A stretch of 64,000 nucleotides of DNA from Meiothermus sp. GTDB taxonomy: Bacteria > Deinococcota > Deinococci > Deinococcales > Thermaceae. The first letter of the stretch is position 1. Every line of letters starts with the position of its first letter. The notes under the pieces were generated by a model. That model was not told the origin of the DNA. It did no database searches and saw only the letters and a program-made list of their open reading frames with translations. Shown here in pieces: positions 1-12,261 of this stretch. The stretch is from the NCBI GenBank assembly GCA_033762915.1, contig JANRLD010000053.1:1-64000 (forward strand), in the 5' to 3' direction. Made by a program: the position numbers and the translations under genes.

Positions 1-1040
1 TCTACTCGCACCGCTCGATGGTGCTGCACTCACTGGGCTCGGCGCTGCCCGACGCGCTCAACCTCTCCGGGCGGGACGTGCTGCTGCCGGTGGTGCCGAT
101 GTTCCACGTGATGGCCTGGGGGCTGCCCTTCACCAGCGTGATGATGGGCACCAAGCTGGTGATGCCGGGGCCGCACCTCGACGCGGTAAGCCTGCTCGAC
201 CTTTACGAGGGCGAGAAGGTGACCAAGACGGCGGGCGTCCCGACCATCTGGATGGGCGTGCTGGGGGCCTTGCAGAAGGAGCCGCAGCGCTGGAAGCTCG
301 AGCCGATGGAGATGGTGGTGGGCGGGAGCGCCGCCCCCGAGGCCATGATCCGGGCCTTCGACCAGTTCAACCTGACCGTGCTGCACGCCTGGGGGATGAC
401 CGAGACCAGCCCGCTGGGCAGCACCAGCCGGGTCAAGCGCGGCCTCACGGGCGACCTCGATACCGAGTACAGCTACCGCGCCAAGCAGGGCCTCCCCTCC
501 CCGCTGGTGGAGCTGCGGGCCTCGAGCGAGAACGGCCAGGTGCCCTGGGACGGCACCACGCTGGGCGAACTCGAGATTCGCGGCCCCTGGGTGGCGGCCA
601 GCTACTACAACCTCGAGGCCGAATCCGACAAGTGGACCGCCGACGGCTGGTTCCGCACCGGCGACGTGGTGGCCATAGACCCCGAGGGCTACATCCGCAT
701 CGCCGACCGCACCAAAGACCTCATTAAGTCGGGCGGCGAGTGGATCAGCTCGATCGACCTCGAGAACGCCCTGATGGCCCACCCGGCAGTCAAGGAGGCC
801 GCCGTGATCGCCGTCCCCGACCCCAAGTGGGACGAGCGCCCGCTGGCGGCGGTGGTGCTGAAGGAAGGGGCAAGCGCCACGCCAGAGGAGTTGAGGGCTT
901 TTCTCGAGCCCAGGTTCGCTAAGTGGTGGCTGCCCGACGCCTACGCCTTCGTCGAGGAGATCCCCCGCACCTCCACCGGCAAGTTCATGAAGGCCCAGTT
1001 GCGGGAGCAGTTCAAGGAGTACAAGGTCTCGGCGGGGTAG
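1..1040 (+). CDS. Long-chain fatty-acid--CoA ligase (AMP-binding family), 5' end outside window
   Basis: Frame open from window edge (YSHRS tail of P-loop); AWGMTET, FRTGD, DRTKDLIKSGGEWISS, IPRTSTGK motifs. Confidence 0.9.
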   Translation, partial: YSHRSMVLHSLGSALPDALNLSGRDVLLPVVPMFHVMAWGLPFTSVMMGTKLVMPGPHLDAVSLLDLYEGEKVTKTAGVPTIWMGVLGALQKEPQRWKLEPMEMVVGGSAAPEAMIRAFDQFNLTVLHAWGMTETSPLGSTSRVKRGLTGDLDTEYSYRAKQGLPSPLVELRASSENGQVPWDGTTLGELEIRGPWVAASYYNLEAESDKWTADGWFRTGDVVAIDPEGYIRIADRTKDLIKSGGEWISSIDLENALMAHPAVKEAAVIAVPDPKWDERPLAAVVLKEGASATPEELRAFLEPRFAKWWLPDAYAFVEEIPRTSTGKFMKAQLREQFKEYKVSAG

Positions 1041-1099
1041 GGGGCGAAGTTAGGGTTGGGGTGGGCTGCGCCCACCCCAATCGCTTTGCGCCTTGCGCC

Positions 1100-3814
1100 C
1101 TACAGCTCGAGCGTGCTCAAATCCCCCGGGTCGGCCCCCTGCTCCTGGGCCTTGAGGACGCGGCGCATGATCTTGCCGCTCTTGGTACGGGGGAGCGCCC
1201 CCAGGAACTCCACCTCGGTGCGGGCGCTGAGCGGGCCGAGCTGGCGGCGCAGATGGGTGGAGAGCTTGTCGGCCAGGAGCTTCTGTACCTCGGGGGCGGT
1301 CTCGCGGTTTTTGAGCACCACGTAGACCTTGATCACCTCGCCCTGGATGGGGTCGGGCACCCCGATGGCGGCGGCCTCGGCGACCGCCGGGTGCGAGAGC
1401 AGCGCGCCCTCGATCTCGGCAGTGCCAATGCGCTGCTCGCCGGCCTTGATCACGTCGTCGGAGCGGCCCAGCAGGGCGATGTAGCCCTCGGCGTCGGCCA
1501 CGGCCAGGTCGCCAGTGGCGTAAAGGCCGGGGATGCGCTCCCACTGCTCGAGGTACTGCTCGGGCTTTCTCCAGAAGCCGCGCATGAAGTGCGGGAAGGG
1601 CTGCTTGATGACCAGGTGGCCCTTCTCGCCGGCCGGGAGCACCCGGCCCGCGCTGTCCACCACGGCGAACTCGGCCCCCGGCAGCGGCACCCCCACCTTG
1701 CCGGGTTTGGAGGGCAGGCAGAGGGGGCTGGAGAGGGCCGGGCCGCCGGTCTCGGTCTGTCACCAGTTGTCCACCACATAGGCCAGGTGGTCGGAGGCCC
1801 AGTGCCAGACCTCGGGCGCAAGGTACTCACCCACGCTGGACACCAGCCGCAGGCTGCGCGGCTCGCCGCGCTCGGCCCACTCCGCGCCGTGCCGGCGCAG
1901 GGTGCGCAGCCAGGTGGGGCTGGTCAGGAGCACATCCACAGCGTGGCGCTCCAGGGTCTCGTAGAAGCTCGAGGGGTCAGGGAAGTCCAGGCGGTCCTCG
2001 CGCAGAACGGTAGTGAGGCCCTCCAAGAGCGGCGCATACAGGCCGTAGCTGTGCCCCACGATCCACGAGAGGTCGGCGGTGGACCAGACGATCTCGCCGT
2101 CCTTGAGGTCGTAGAGCTGGCGCAGGTGGTAGGTGATGCCGACCATGTAGCCGCCGTGGACGTGGACCACCCCCTTGGGCTTGCCGGTGGAGCCAGAGGT
2201 GTAGAGGATGAACAGCGGGTGCTCGGCGTCGACCGGGAAGGCGGGGGTGCCCTGGGCGTGGGCCTCGAGCAGCTCCCAGAACTCGAGGGGGTGGCTCTGA
2301 GCGCCCCGCGAGTGCCACAGCACCCGCAGCGGCAGCCCCTTTATGGCCTCCTCCACGATGGGCTCGAGGGGGATGGGACGCCCGTTCTGGTAGAGCCGGT
2401 CGGCGGCGATCAGCAGCTTGGCCTCGGTGTCCTCGAGGCGCTCCCGCAGCGCGGCAGCGCTCATACCCGCCGAGACGGCCACGTGAACCGCGCCGAGCCT
2501 CGCGCAGGCCAGCATAGCCACGGCGGCCTCGAGGCCGCTGGGCATGTAGACGCCCACCCGGTCGCCCGGCCCGACCCCGAGCTTTCCCAGCCCGCCCGCG
2601 AGCCTCGAGACCAAGCTGAGCAGTTCTCGGTAGGTCAGCTTGTGGGTCTTGCCATCGCCCGAGAGCGCCACCAGGGCCAGTTGGTTGCGCTTGGGGCCGC
2701 GCGCGTGGCGGTCGAGCGCGTTGTGGGTGAGGTTGGTCTGTGCGCCCAAGAACCAGCCGTGCCGGGGCGGCTGGAGTTCGCGCACCGCCTCCCAACCCCT
2801 GAACCACTCGAAGCGACCCGCCCAGTCGGCCCAGAAGCCCTCGGGGTCGGCCTGGGCGGCGGCGTACTCGGCGGCGTAGTCTTGCAGGTTGGCCGCCTCG
2901 CGCAGCGCCTTGGGGGCGTAGACTTTACTCTCCTCGACCGAGCGCCCCAGGTGGGCGGGCTCGAGCGCAGACGGGGCTTTACCCCGTTCCCAAACCTCCC
3001 CCGGCATTCCGCTGTCGCCCGCACCTTCGGCCTCCAGCGGCCTGGGGGCGGCAGATTCGGCCCTGAGGGGCGCCTCCACGCTACAGCTCGAGGCGGCCCG
3101 GGCGACCTCCTGCACGGCCTGCAACAGCCGCGTGAAGGCATAGGGGAACCTCCGGCTGGGCACCACCACCCCGAAGGCCCCGATCACCCGCCCGTCGGAG
3201 CCGAACAGCGGCGAGGCGAGGCTCGAGAGCCCCTCCAAAAACTCCTCCATCTCCACTGCGAAGCCCATCTGCCGCACCTTAGCCAGCTCGTCTTCGAGGG
3301 TCAGGGGGTCGGTGATGGTCAGGGCGGTGCGGGGGTGCAGGGCCTGGAGGTGGGGGGCCAGGGCGGTCTCGTCGAGGTGGGCCAGCACCGCCTTGCCCAG
3401 GGCCATGGCGTGAAGGCCGCTCGAGAGCTCGTCCTCGAGGCCCGCCGGTTTGGGCATCCCCTGCCGCCCCCGGTTGCTCAGGCGGAGTTTGCCCTCTCGG
3501 GTCAGGAGCGCAAGAAACGCCCGCTCGCGGGTGCGGAGGTAGAGCTCCTCCAGGGCGTCGGTCAGCTTCTCGGGCTGGGCGAGTTGGGGCGCCGGGGCCG
3601 GGGCGAGGGCGTCCTGGGCGAGCTTGTAGGTCGTGCCATCGCGCTCGGCGAAGCCCTCGGCGACCAGGCTGGCGAGCAGCGCATAGGCGGTGGATAAGCT
3701 CTTGCCCAGCAAGGAGGCCACTCGAGCGGCCTCGAGGCCCTCCGGGTGTTGGGCCAGATAGGCCAAGACCTTCAGCGCGGCCTGGACGGTGCTCAGCTTG
3801 CGGTTCTGGGCCAT
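1100..3814 (-). pseudogene. IclR regulator-acetyl-CoA synthetase fusion (~904 codons) interrupted by one in-frame TGA at 1760-1762
   Basis: N-terminal IclR HTH and effector domain (HAMALGK, VRQMGFA), then Acs ([11 protein letters not shown]). Reads DNW*QTETGG in frame into ORF 1100-1696 ending PRTKSGKIMRR. Confidence 0.85.
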
Positions 3815-4032
3815 TCAAATCCCCCCGCAAGGCAGCCGCTCGAGACCCCTCCGGCGGAGGGGGGCCTTCGCCCCGGCTTGTACCATGGCTCTAGATTCCC
3901 CTCCGAGCTACATTTATGTCAAGTAACCCAGAAGATTTGCGGATGGCAAAAATGCGGCCCTTTCTTGACCGTGGCTCCGTCGGCGGTCTATGCTTCAAAC
4001 CAACGCTGCCCACGACCCCAGGAGGAATCGTT

Positions 4033-5985
<1,953 letters not shown>

Positions 5986-5997
5986 TCGATCAGGTTT

Positions 5998-6033
5998 CAG
6001 CCGCCAGCTCTCGAGGCTGGCGGCTGTTGTTTT
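5998..6033 (+). terminator. Intrinsic terminator of acs
   Basis: CAGCCGCCAGC/GCTGGCGGCTG stem, CTCGAG in the loop, TTGTTTT tail. Confidence 0.8.
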
Positions 6034-6199
6034 AGCTCGAGGTACAACGCGGCATGCAAGCTCGAGCGGCAGATACGCAGGCCGCCACAAGCGCTTGCCC
6101 GTACGACAGGCGCATGTTACTATAAAACGCAAATATTCGGTAGAAATACGATTTATACATAACACACCCCGATGAAGATTCACGAAAGACCTCAGGGAA

Positions 6200-6883
6200 A
6201 TGATGAAGCTTTTGCTTACCTCCGCTGGCATCAAGAACTCGAGTATCCGCGAAGCGCTGGTGAGCCTCCTGGGCAAGCCGATTGCCGAGTCTAGCGCCCT
6301 CTGCATCCCCACCGCGATGTACGGGCACCCCTGGGTCGGCCCCGGCGCGGGGGCGTGGCGGTTCATCAGCGGGCGAGAGCCCGGCACACCCATGTGCGAA
6401 CTCGAGTGGAAGTCCGTGGGCGTGCTGGAACTCACCGCGCTGCCCAGCATCGACGAAAAGCTATGGGTTCCCAAGGTCCGAGAAGCCGACGTGCTGCTGG
6501 TCGCGGGCGGGGACGCGCTGTACCTGTGTCACTGGATGCGGCAGTCCGGGCTGGCAGACATGCTACCGTCGCTCGAGGCGGTCTGGGTGGGGCTGAGCGC
6601 CGGGAGCATGGTGATGACCCCACGCATCGGCGAGGCCTTCGTGGGGTGGAAAGCGCCCAGGGGCGACGACCGCACCCTGGGACTGGTGGACTTCTCGATC
6701 TTCCCGCACCTGGGCCACCCGGACTTGCCCGAGAACACCCTGGCCAACGCGGAAAAGTGGGCGGCGGGTCTGGGAAATCCGGCCTACGCGATAGACGACG
6801 AGACCGCCATCCAGGTGGTGGGCGGAGCCGTTGAAGTCGTCTCCGAGGGCCACTGGACACGGCTCGCAGAACAACAGGGATGA
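6200..6883 (+). CDS. Peptidase S51 / dipeptidase E-like protein
   Basis: MKLLLTSAG start, IPTA, VAGGD, GLSAGS nucleophile elbow, FPH. Confidence 0.85.
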   Translation: MMKLLLTSAGIKNSSIREALVSLLGKPIAESSALCIPTAMYGHPWVGPGAGAWRFISGREPGTPMCELEWKSVGVLELTALPSIDEKLWVPKVREADVLLVAGGDALYLCHWMRQSGLADMLPSLEAVWVGLSAGSMVMTPRIGEAFVGWKAPRGDDRTLGLVDFSIFPHLGHPDLPENTLANAEKWAAGLGNPAYAIDDETAIQVVGGAVEVVSEGHWTRLAEQQG

Positions 6884-6913
6884 ACGACTTGGACCCAGCC
6901 CCTAGGAGAGGTC

Positions 6914-7264
6914 ATGACGAAACATCGAATCTTCACCACCAAGTTCTCGGGTGTCTATCCGCTGTACGTCCAGAAGGCCGAGCGAAAGAACCGCACCAAG
7001 GCGGAGGTTGACCAGATCATCTGCTGGCTGACGGGCTTCAGCCAGGCAGAGCTCGAGGAGCAGATCGAGCAGCAAACCGACTTCGAGACCTTCTTCGCTC
7101 GAGCGCCGTCCATCCACCCCAACAGCACGCTCATCACCGGGGTGGTCTGCGGCGTGCGCGTCGAAGAGGTCGAAGACCCGCTAATGCAGAAGATACGCTA
7201 TCTCGACAAGCTGATCGACGAGTTGGCAAAGGGGAAAACGCTCGAGAAAATCCTGCGAAAGTAG
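6914..7264 (+). CDS. DUF2200 family protein
   Basis: [42 protein letters not shown] signature; AGGAG RBS. Confidence 0.85.
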   Translation: MTKHRIFTTKFSGVYPLYVQKAERKNRTKAEVDQIICWLTGFSQAELEEQIEQQTDFETFFARAPSIHPNSTLITGVVCGVRVEEVEDPLMQKIRYLDKLIDELAKGKTLEKILRK

Positions 7265-7934
7265 CGGTTGGTGGGCCCAAGTTCAGAACTCGACACCCTT
7301 GTAAATCTCGTCCAGGGAGAGCGGGCGGTTGATGCAGGGCAGCTCGAGGGGCTTGTTGTCGGCGGGCTCAAAGGTCTCGTAGCGCCAGGAGTTGTCGTCC
7401 AGGCGGCTGTATATCTCCACCAGCTTTTGGTCTTGTGAGACCAGCACATATGCCTTGAGGGAAGGTATGGCCCTGTAATTATGCAACTTCTCGCCCCGGT
7501 CAATGCTCTCGGTTGAATCAGACAGAACCTCTACGATCCAGCATGCCGAGCGCTTGTACTTGGCCTTGCCCTCTCGAGGCTCGCAGGTCACAAAAACGTC
7601 GGGGTAGTAGCTCTTTCTGGAAGGCGTGACCAGCTTCATGTCGGCAAAAAAGACATCACAATCGGCATCTTCAGCCGCATCGGCGACCCTCCGATAGATG
7701 TTGCCCCCAATCCGGTTGTGGTCAGAGGTTCCGCCCGCCATCGCAAACATGAACCCGTCCACAAATTCGTGCCGAACCTCGGCGCGGTCTTCAAGCTCGA
7801 GGTACTCTTCAAACGTGGTCTGCTGAACCGGGTTGGCTCGAGGCATGATTGGAAATTATACGCGGTCGGCAGAAACGACTATGACTTGCGACGAGCTGAA
7901 GGAAAAGGTGCTCGAGAAAATCCTGCGAAAATAG
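7240..7934 (+). repeat. Direct repeat GCTCGAGAAAATCCTGCGAAA(g/a)TAG at 7240-7264 and 7910-7934 flanking the Uma2 gene
   Basis: Second copy duplicates the DUF2200 C-terminus LEKILRK* from the CTCGAG. Confidence 0.9.
7283..7846 (-). CDS. Uma2 family (DUF820) PD-(D/E)xK endonuclease
   Basis: FEEYLELE..RHEFVDG..AMAGGT..HN, YYPDV, IVEVLS.ST...DRGEK, IPSL..YVLV.Q. Confidence 0.92.
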   Translation of the reverse strand: MPRANPVQQTTFEEYLELEDRAEVRHEFVDGFMFAMAGGTSDHNRIGGNIYRRVADAAEDADCDVFFADMKLVTPSRKSYYPDVFVTCEPREGKAKYKRSACWIVEVLSDSTESIDRGEKLHNYRAIPSLKAYVLVSQDQKLVEIYSRLDDNSWRYETFEPADNKPLELPCINRPLSLDEIYKGVEF

Positions 7935-7972
7935 CCGTAGGTGGGTCCGGGTTCAGAGCTTTGGCCCTGGAG

Positions 7973-9712
7973 CTACACTTCCAACCCCACCAACTCCCCC
8001 TTCAGCACGTCCACCAGCCCGTAATCGGTCAGGCGCAGCTCGGGGATCACCGCCAGGCCCAGGAACGAGAGCACCATGTAGGGGTCGGGCATGGTCACGC
8101 CCAGGGAGGTGGCGGCGGCGTTGAGGGCCTCGAGCCTGGCGTTCACCGCATCCAGCGGCTCGTCGGTGATGAGGCCGGAGATGGGCAGGGCCAGCTCGGC
8201 CAGCACCTCGCCGTCCGCCACCGCGACCATGCCGCCCCCCAGGGCCTCGAGGCGCTTGGCCGCAGTGATCAGGTCGGCATCCGAGACCCCCACTGCCATC
8301 AGGTTGTGGTGGTCGTGGCCGACCGTGCAGGCCAGTGCGCCCCGCTGGATGCCGAAGGCCGTCACCAGGGCCTTCCCCACCTGGCCATTCTTGCCGTAGC
8401 GCTCGAGGCAGACCAACTTGGCGAGGTCGCGGCCGGGGTCGGCCACGATGGCGCCGTCTTCAACCGTGGGCACAACCCGGTCTTCGGCGGTCAGGACCTG
8501 GTGGGGGATGGCCCGAACCACGCGCACCTCGCCCGACACGGCGGGAATCCGCAGGTCGGCGGGGGTTAGCTCGGGCAGCTTGACGGTGTGGGAGACCACC
8601 TCGGAGAGCTTGGTCTTGGGCAGGCTGACGGTTAGCTGGCCGTTCTCCGCCACCTTTTGACCGGCGTGGTAGACGGCCACCGCGTGGAAGCGCTCGAGGT
8701 CGTCGAGGATCACCAGGTCGGCCTGGTAGCCGGGAGCCACTGCGCCCCGGCGGGTCAGGCGGTAGTGCCGCGCCACGTTCCAACTCCCGGCGCGGACGGC
8801 GAACACCGGGTCGACGCCCAGCGATATGGCCTTTCGCACCAGGAAGTCCACCCCGCCCTCGCTCAAGAGGTCGGAGGGGAGCCGGTCGTCGGTGACGAGG
8901 CCCACCCGGTCGGCGTGCTTGGGGTCGATTAGGCTGACCAGAGCCTCGAGGTTGCGCGTCGTCGAGCCCTCCCGCACCATCAGAAAGCAGCCGGCCTCGA
9001 GCTTGGCCCGGCCCTCGGCCAGGTGGGTGCTCTCGTGGTCGGAGACGATGCCGGTGGACAGGTAGGCCTGCAAGGGCCGGCCCATCAAGGTGGGGGCGTG
9101 GCCCTCGGGCGTCTTGCCGTACTTCTCGGCCAGCAGGACTTTGGCCAGCTCGAGGCCGTCGGCGGCGAGGATGGCGGGAAAGCTCATCAGCTCGGCCACG
9201 CCGACCACCCTGGGGTGGGACAGAAGATGCTCGATCTCGGCCAGACCCAGGCTGTACCCGGTGGTCTCCAAAGGGGTCGCGGGGACCGAGCTGGGCACGC
9301 AGATCCAGACCTCGAGCGGCAGCCCCTCGCTGGCCTCGATCAGCCACTCGATGCCCGCCACCCCGGAGGCGTTGCCGATCTCGTGCGGGTCGGCCACGCA
9401 ACCGGTCACGCCCCTGGGCAGCACCGCGCGGGCGTACTCGGTGGGGGTGACCAGCGAGCTCTCGAGGTGCAGGTGCCCATCCACCAGCCCCGGCGCGACG
9501 TACCGGCCCTCCAGATCCACCACCGTCTCGGCCGGCGCATCGGCAAACTCTCTCCCCACCGCGGCCACCAGCCGGCCCGCCAGCAAGACGTTCGTCTCCT
9601 GCACCTCGAGGCTGAACACGTTGACCAGCCGGGCGTTCTTCAGCAGCACCGTTGCGGGCTTGCGCCCCATCGCGACATCCACAGAGAATTGGAGTTCCTC
9701 GAGGCTCGGCAT
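7973..9712 (-). CDS. ade: Adenine deaminase
   Basis: PGLVDGHLHLESS, DPHEIGN, GHAP, DHE, REGS, VTDD, GHDHHN. Confidence 0.92.
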   Translation of the reverse strand: MPSLEELQFSVDVAMGRKPATVLLKNARLVNVFSLEVQETNVLLAGRLVAAVGREFADAPAETVVDLEGRYVAPGLVDGHLHLESSLVTPTEYARAVLPRGVTGCVADPHEIGNASGVAGIEWLIEASEGLPLEVWICVPSSVPATPLETTGYSLGLAEIEHLLSHPRVVGVAELMSFPAILAADGLELAKVLLAEKYGKTPEGHAPTLMGRPLQAYLSTGIVSDHESTHLAEGRAKLEAGCFLMVREGSTTRNLEALVSLIDPKHADRVGLVTDDRLPSDLLSEGGVDFLVRKAISLGVDPVFAVRAGSWNVARHYRLTRRGAVAPGYQADLVILDDLERFHAVAVYHAGQKVAENGQLTVSLPKTKLSEVVSHTVKLPELTPADLRIPAVSGEVRVVRAIPHQVLTAEDRVVPTVEDGAIVADPGRDLAKLVCLERYGKNGQVGKALVTAFGIQRGALACTVGHDHHNLMAVGVSDADLITAAKRLEALGGGMVAVADGEVLAELALPISGLITDEPLDAVNARLEALNAAATSLGVTMPDPYMVLSFLGLAVIPELRLTDYGLVDVLKGELVGLEV

Positions 9713-9765
9713 ATTCGGAAAATGATACAGGATGGTTGAGGGTCGAAGGCCTATGCGCCATAGTG

Positions 9766-9870
9766 ATCGCGCTTCCCACCCTTACCTCCCTCGCGGCGGC
9801 AGGTAATGTACTCCCTTCAGCAAAAACCTCCCGCTTTAGCGCCGTAGGGCGTATGCGTGGGAACCGCTCT
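9766..9870. repeat. Repeat family A (~100 bp MITE-like), copy 1
   Basis: ATCGCGyTTCCCAC...GTATGCGTGGGAACCGCTCT; matches 25812, 28347, 36826. Confidence 0.85.
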
Positions 9871-9916
9871 GAGTTTGCAAAACCCTCCACGCGACAGGGG
9901 CAGCGAGCGGCTTTCC

Positions 9917-9972
9917 GGCGCAATTCCCCAACGGGCTGCCGGGCGGCATTTCGCATCGCAGCTTTGGAGACA
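9917..9972. repeat. Repeat family B, partial copy
   Basis: GGCGCAATTCCC...ATTTCGCAT.GCA.CT.TG.AGACA matches ~57100-57155. Confidence 0.65.
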
Positions 9973-10065
9973 CTTTGTTGAGGCAAAGGGCCAAGGCGTC
10001 GAGGGCCGCGACCTTCGTGCGTCGCCTTTGGAGCTTCGGCGGTCTCTCGCCCTCCACCTAAGGCA

Positions 10066-11358
10066 TCAGTCTTGCACCACCAGCGGGTCGTCCCGGCTCT
10101 CCATGGCCTTCTCCTCGGCCATCGAGAGCTTGGCCAGGGTCAGGGCCAGGATGTAGGTGCCCTGGGCGATGTCCTCAGGGCTGCTGTACTCGTCGGGGCG
10201 GTGGGAGATGCCCTCGAGGCAGGGGATGAAAATCATGGCAGTCGGGCAGATGCGGGCCATGAACAGCGAGTCGTGGTAGGCCCGGCTGGGCATCAGCTTG
10301 AACTTGACACCCGCCTCGCCCGCCGAGGCCACGATGGCCTTGAGCACCTCGGGGCCGCTCTTTGCGGGCGGGTCCATGTTGACGATCTGCACGTCCTGGA
10401 TAATCTCGCGCCGGGTAGTGACCTGCTCCACGCCCTGAAGGATGTTGCGCATCACGCTGTCGCGGCGGTTCTGGTCTATGTCGCGCACGTCTATGCCCAG
10501 CTTGACCTTGCTGGGCACGCTGTTGACTGCGTTGGGGTAGTTCTCGATCAGGCCCACGGTGGCGACGGTGTTGATCGAGCCGCTGTTCTTGGCAAAGGCC
10601 TCGACGCCCAGGATGATCTCGGCGGCAGCGCACAGGGCGTCGAAGCGCAGGTTCATCAGCATCGCGCCCGCGTGGCCCCCGACCCCCTCGAGCTCGACCT
10701 TGAGCTGGGCCGGGGCCGCGATGGCGGTCACGACCCCGATGGGCACCTTCTCGTCCTCGAGGATCGGCCCCTGCTCGATGTGCAACTCCACGAAGGCGCT
10801 GTAGTAGCGCTCGGGCAGCGGCACCTCCTCGAGGGGCGCGGTGTAGCCCGCCTCCCGGCGGACTTCGTCCAGCGGGCGGTCGTCGGCGTCGCGCAGTTCG
10901 TAGAGGCTCTCGGCAGTGAGGGCACCGCTCAGGGCGCGGCTACCCAGGCAGCCCAGGCCGAAGCGGGTGGGCTCCTCGGAGGTGAAGATCAGCAGTTCGA
11001 TGGAGCGCCTGGGCCTGAAGTCGGCACGCTGGAGGGCACGGATGGCCTCGAGGCCGCCCAGGATCCCCACCGTGCCGTCGTACATCCCGGCATAGGGGAT
11101 GGCGTCGAAGTGTGAACCCGTCCCCACCGCGGGTAGGTCCGGTTCGGAACCCTCCCAGCGGGCGAAGATGTTGCCCAGCCCGTCCTCGCGCACCTTCAAC
11201 CCAGCCTGCTGGCAGAGGCCCTTAAGGTAGAGCCGGGCCTCGAGGTCGGGCTTGGTGTAGATCACGCGGGTGATCGCCGGCTTGGGGGTCTCGGAGAAGG
11301 AAGCAAGCTTCTCGAGTTCGGCCACGATCCGTTCTTGTTCAATCAGGGGGCGCACCAT
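10066..11358 (-). CDS. M20 Zn amidohydrolase (allantoate amidohydrolase / N-carbamoyl-L-amino acid hydrolase-like)
   Basis: GSHFD, YDGTVG, EEPTRF, ELHIEQGP, GHAG, AYHDS, GISHRPDE; next to ade. Confidence 0.88.
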   Translation of the reverse strand: MVRPLIEQERIVAELEKLASFSETPKPAITRVIYTKPDLEARLYLKGLCQQAGLKVREDGLGNIFARWEGSEPDLPAVGTGSHFDAIPYAGMYDGTVGILGGLEAIRALQRADFRPRRSIELLIFTSEEPTRFGLGCLGSRALSGALTAESLYELRDADDRPLDEVRREAGYTAPLEEVPLPERYYSAFVELHIEQGPILEDEKVPIGVVTAIAAPAQLKVELEGVGGHAGAMLMNLRFDALCAAAEIILGVEAFAKNSGSINTVATVGLIENYPNAVNSVPSKVKLGIDVRDIDQNRRDSVMRNILQGVEQVTTRREIIQDVQIVNMDPPAKSGPEVLKAIVASAGEAGVKFKLMPSRAYHDSLFMARICPTAMIFIPCLEGISHRPDEYSSPEDIAQGTYILALTLAKLSMAEEKAMESRDDPLVVQD

Positions 11359-11447
11359 ACTCGCCCCGGATTATCGGGCATTTCCTGGCGGGAGGCTATA
11401 GGCGAGGAGGACGGAGAGGCCTCACGCCTTCGCTTTTCCCTCTGCGA

Positions 11448-11900
11448 TCAAAAAAGCCTCACGTTCACCAGAAACCCCACGGTGAAGCGGGTGAAGCTCT
11501 CCGAGCCGACGAACTGGGTGACCTCGACGTAGGGGCGGTAGCCCCGGTCGGGGAACTGCAAACCGGCAGAGAACATGCCGTAGAAGCGCTCGCCGAAGCG
11601 GATGCGCAGTTCGTTGGCGGCGGTGTAGGCGGTCAGGCCCGTGGCGACGCCCGCGCCGACGTAAGGCGTCACGAACAGCAGGGTTCCGATCGGATACAGC
11701 ACCTCAGCGCTGAGAATCGCGCCCTCGGGGGAGCCCAGGATCAGGTTGGTGCGGAAGTCTACCGGCCAGCCGTCGAGGTAGATGCCCAGCTGGCCCATGA
11801 AGGTGCCGTTGCTGCCGTTGCGGATCGAGAAGCCGAGGTCGAACCCACTGGCTAAGGCCGTCCCGCACACGATGACGAGGGCCGCGAGGGCTTTCTTCAT
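11448..11900 (-). CDS. Secreted hypothetical protein, likely small outer-membrane beta-barrel
   Basis: Signal peptide MKKALAALVIVCGTALA; amphipathic strands (PYVGAGV), C-terminal F. Confidence 0.65.
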   Translation of the reverse strand: MKKALAALVIVCGTALASGFDLGFSIRNGSNGTFMGQLGIYLDGWPVDFRTNLILGSPEGAILSAEVLYPIGTLLFVTPYVGAGVATGLTAYTAANELRIRFGERFYGMFSAGLQFPDRGYRPYVEVTQFVGSESFTRFTVGFLVNVRLF

Positions 11901-12086
11901 AGGCCCAGTCTCGAGGCCGATAATTAGGGGATGGTTAGAGCAGGAGAAAGTGGGGCAGAGGTAGGGACGGGGTGTCTTGGTGGTTGAGGTGCAGACGCCG
12001 CCCCGAAACGCCCACGGAGGAACTGCGCCCGAGCCTGCACCGGGGTGCCAGGCGGCGTTCGCCGGCCCCGAAAAGCAACCTACAAC

Positions 12087-12250
12087 CTACGTATCTCCAT
12101 AGCTGCAATGCGAAATGTCGCCCGCCAACCCCCGCTAAGGAATTGCGTCCCGGGTAGCCGCGCTGCGGCTATGGCGCACACCACTCCGCCCAGGCACGTA
12201 GTTGTCGCTTTCGCTGATTCCGCCCTTCTACCCTGGCACAACGTAACGGC
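12087..12250. repeat. Repeat family B (~160 bp), copy
   Basis: CTACGTATCTCCATAG...GAATTGCG...GGGTAGCCGC...GATTCCGC..TTCTACCCTGGCACAAC; matches 33455 and inverted 49349, 56998. Confidence 0.85.
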
Positions 12251-12261
12251 CTCCTGCCTGC

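Noticed and set aside
1760..1762. TGA as selenocysteine
   Set aside because: Aligns to a conserved Trp, not Cys
923..3697. 924-aa plus-strand ORF and similar long ORFs (4639-6474, 12808-14709, 14949-16946, 17174-18598, 39385-40695)
   Set aside because: Antisense shadows of real genes caused by GC-rich codon bias; no motifs
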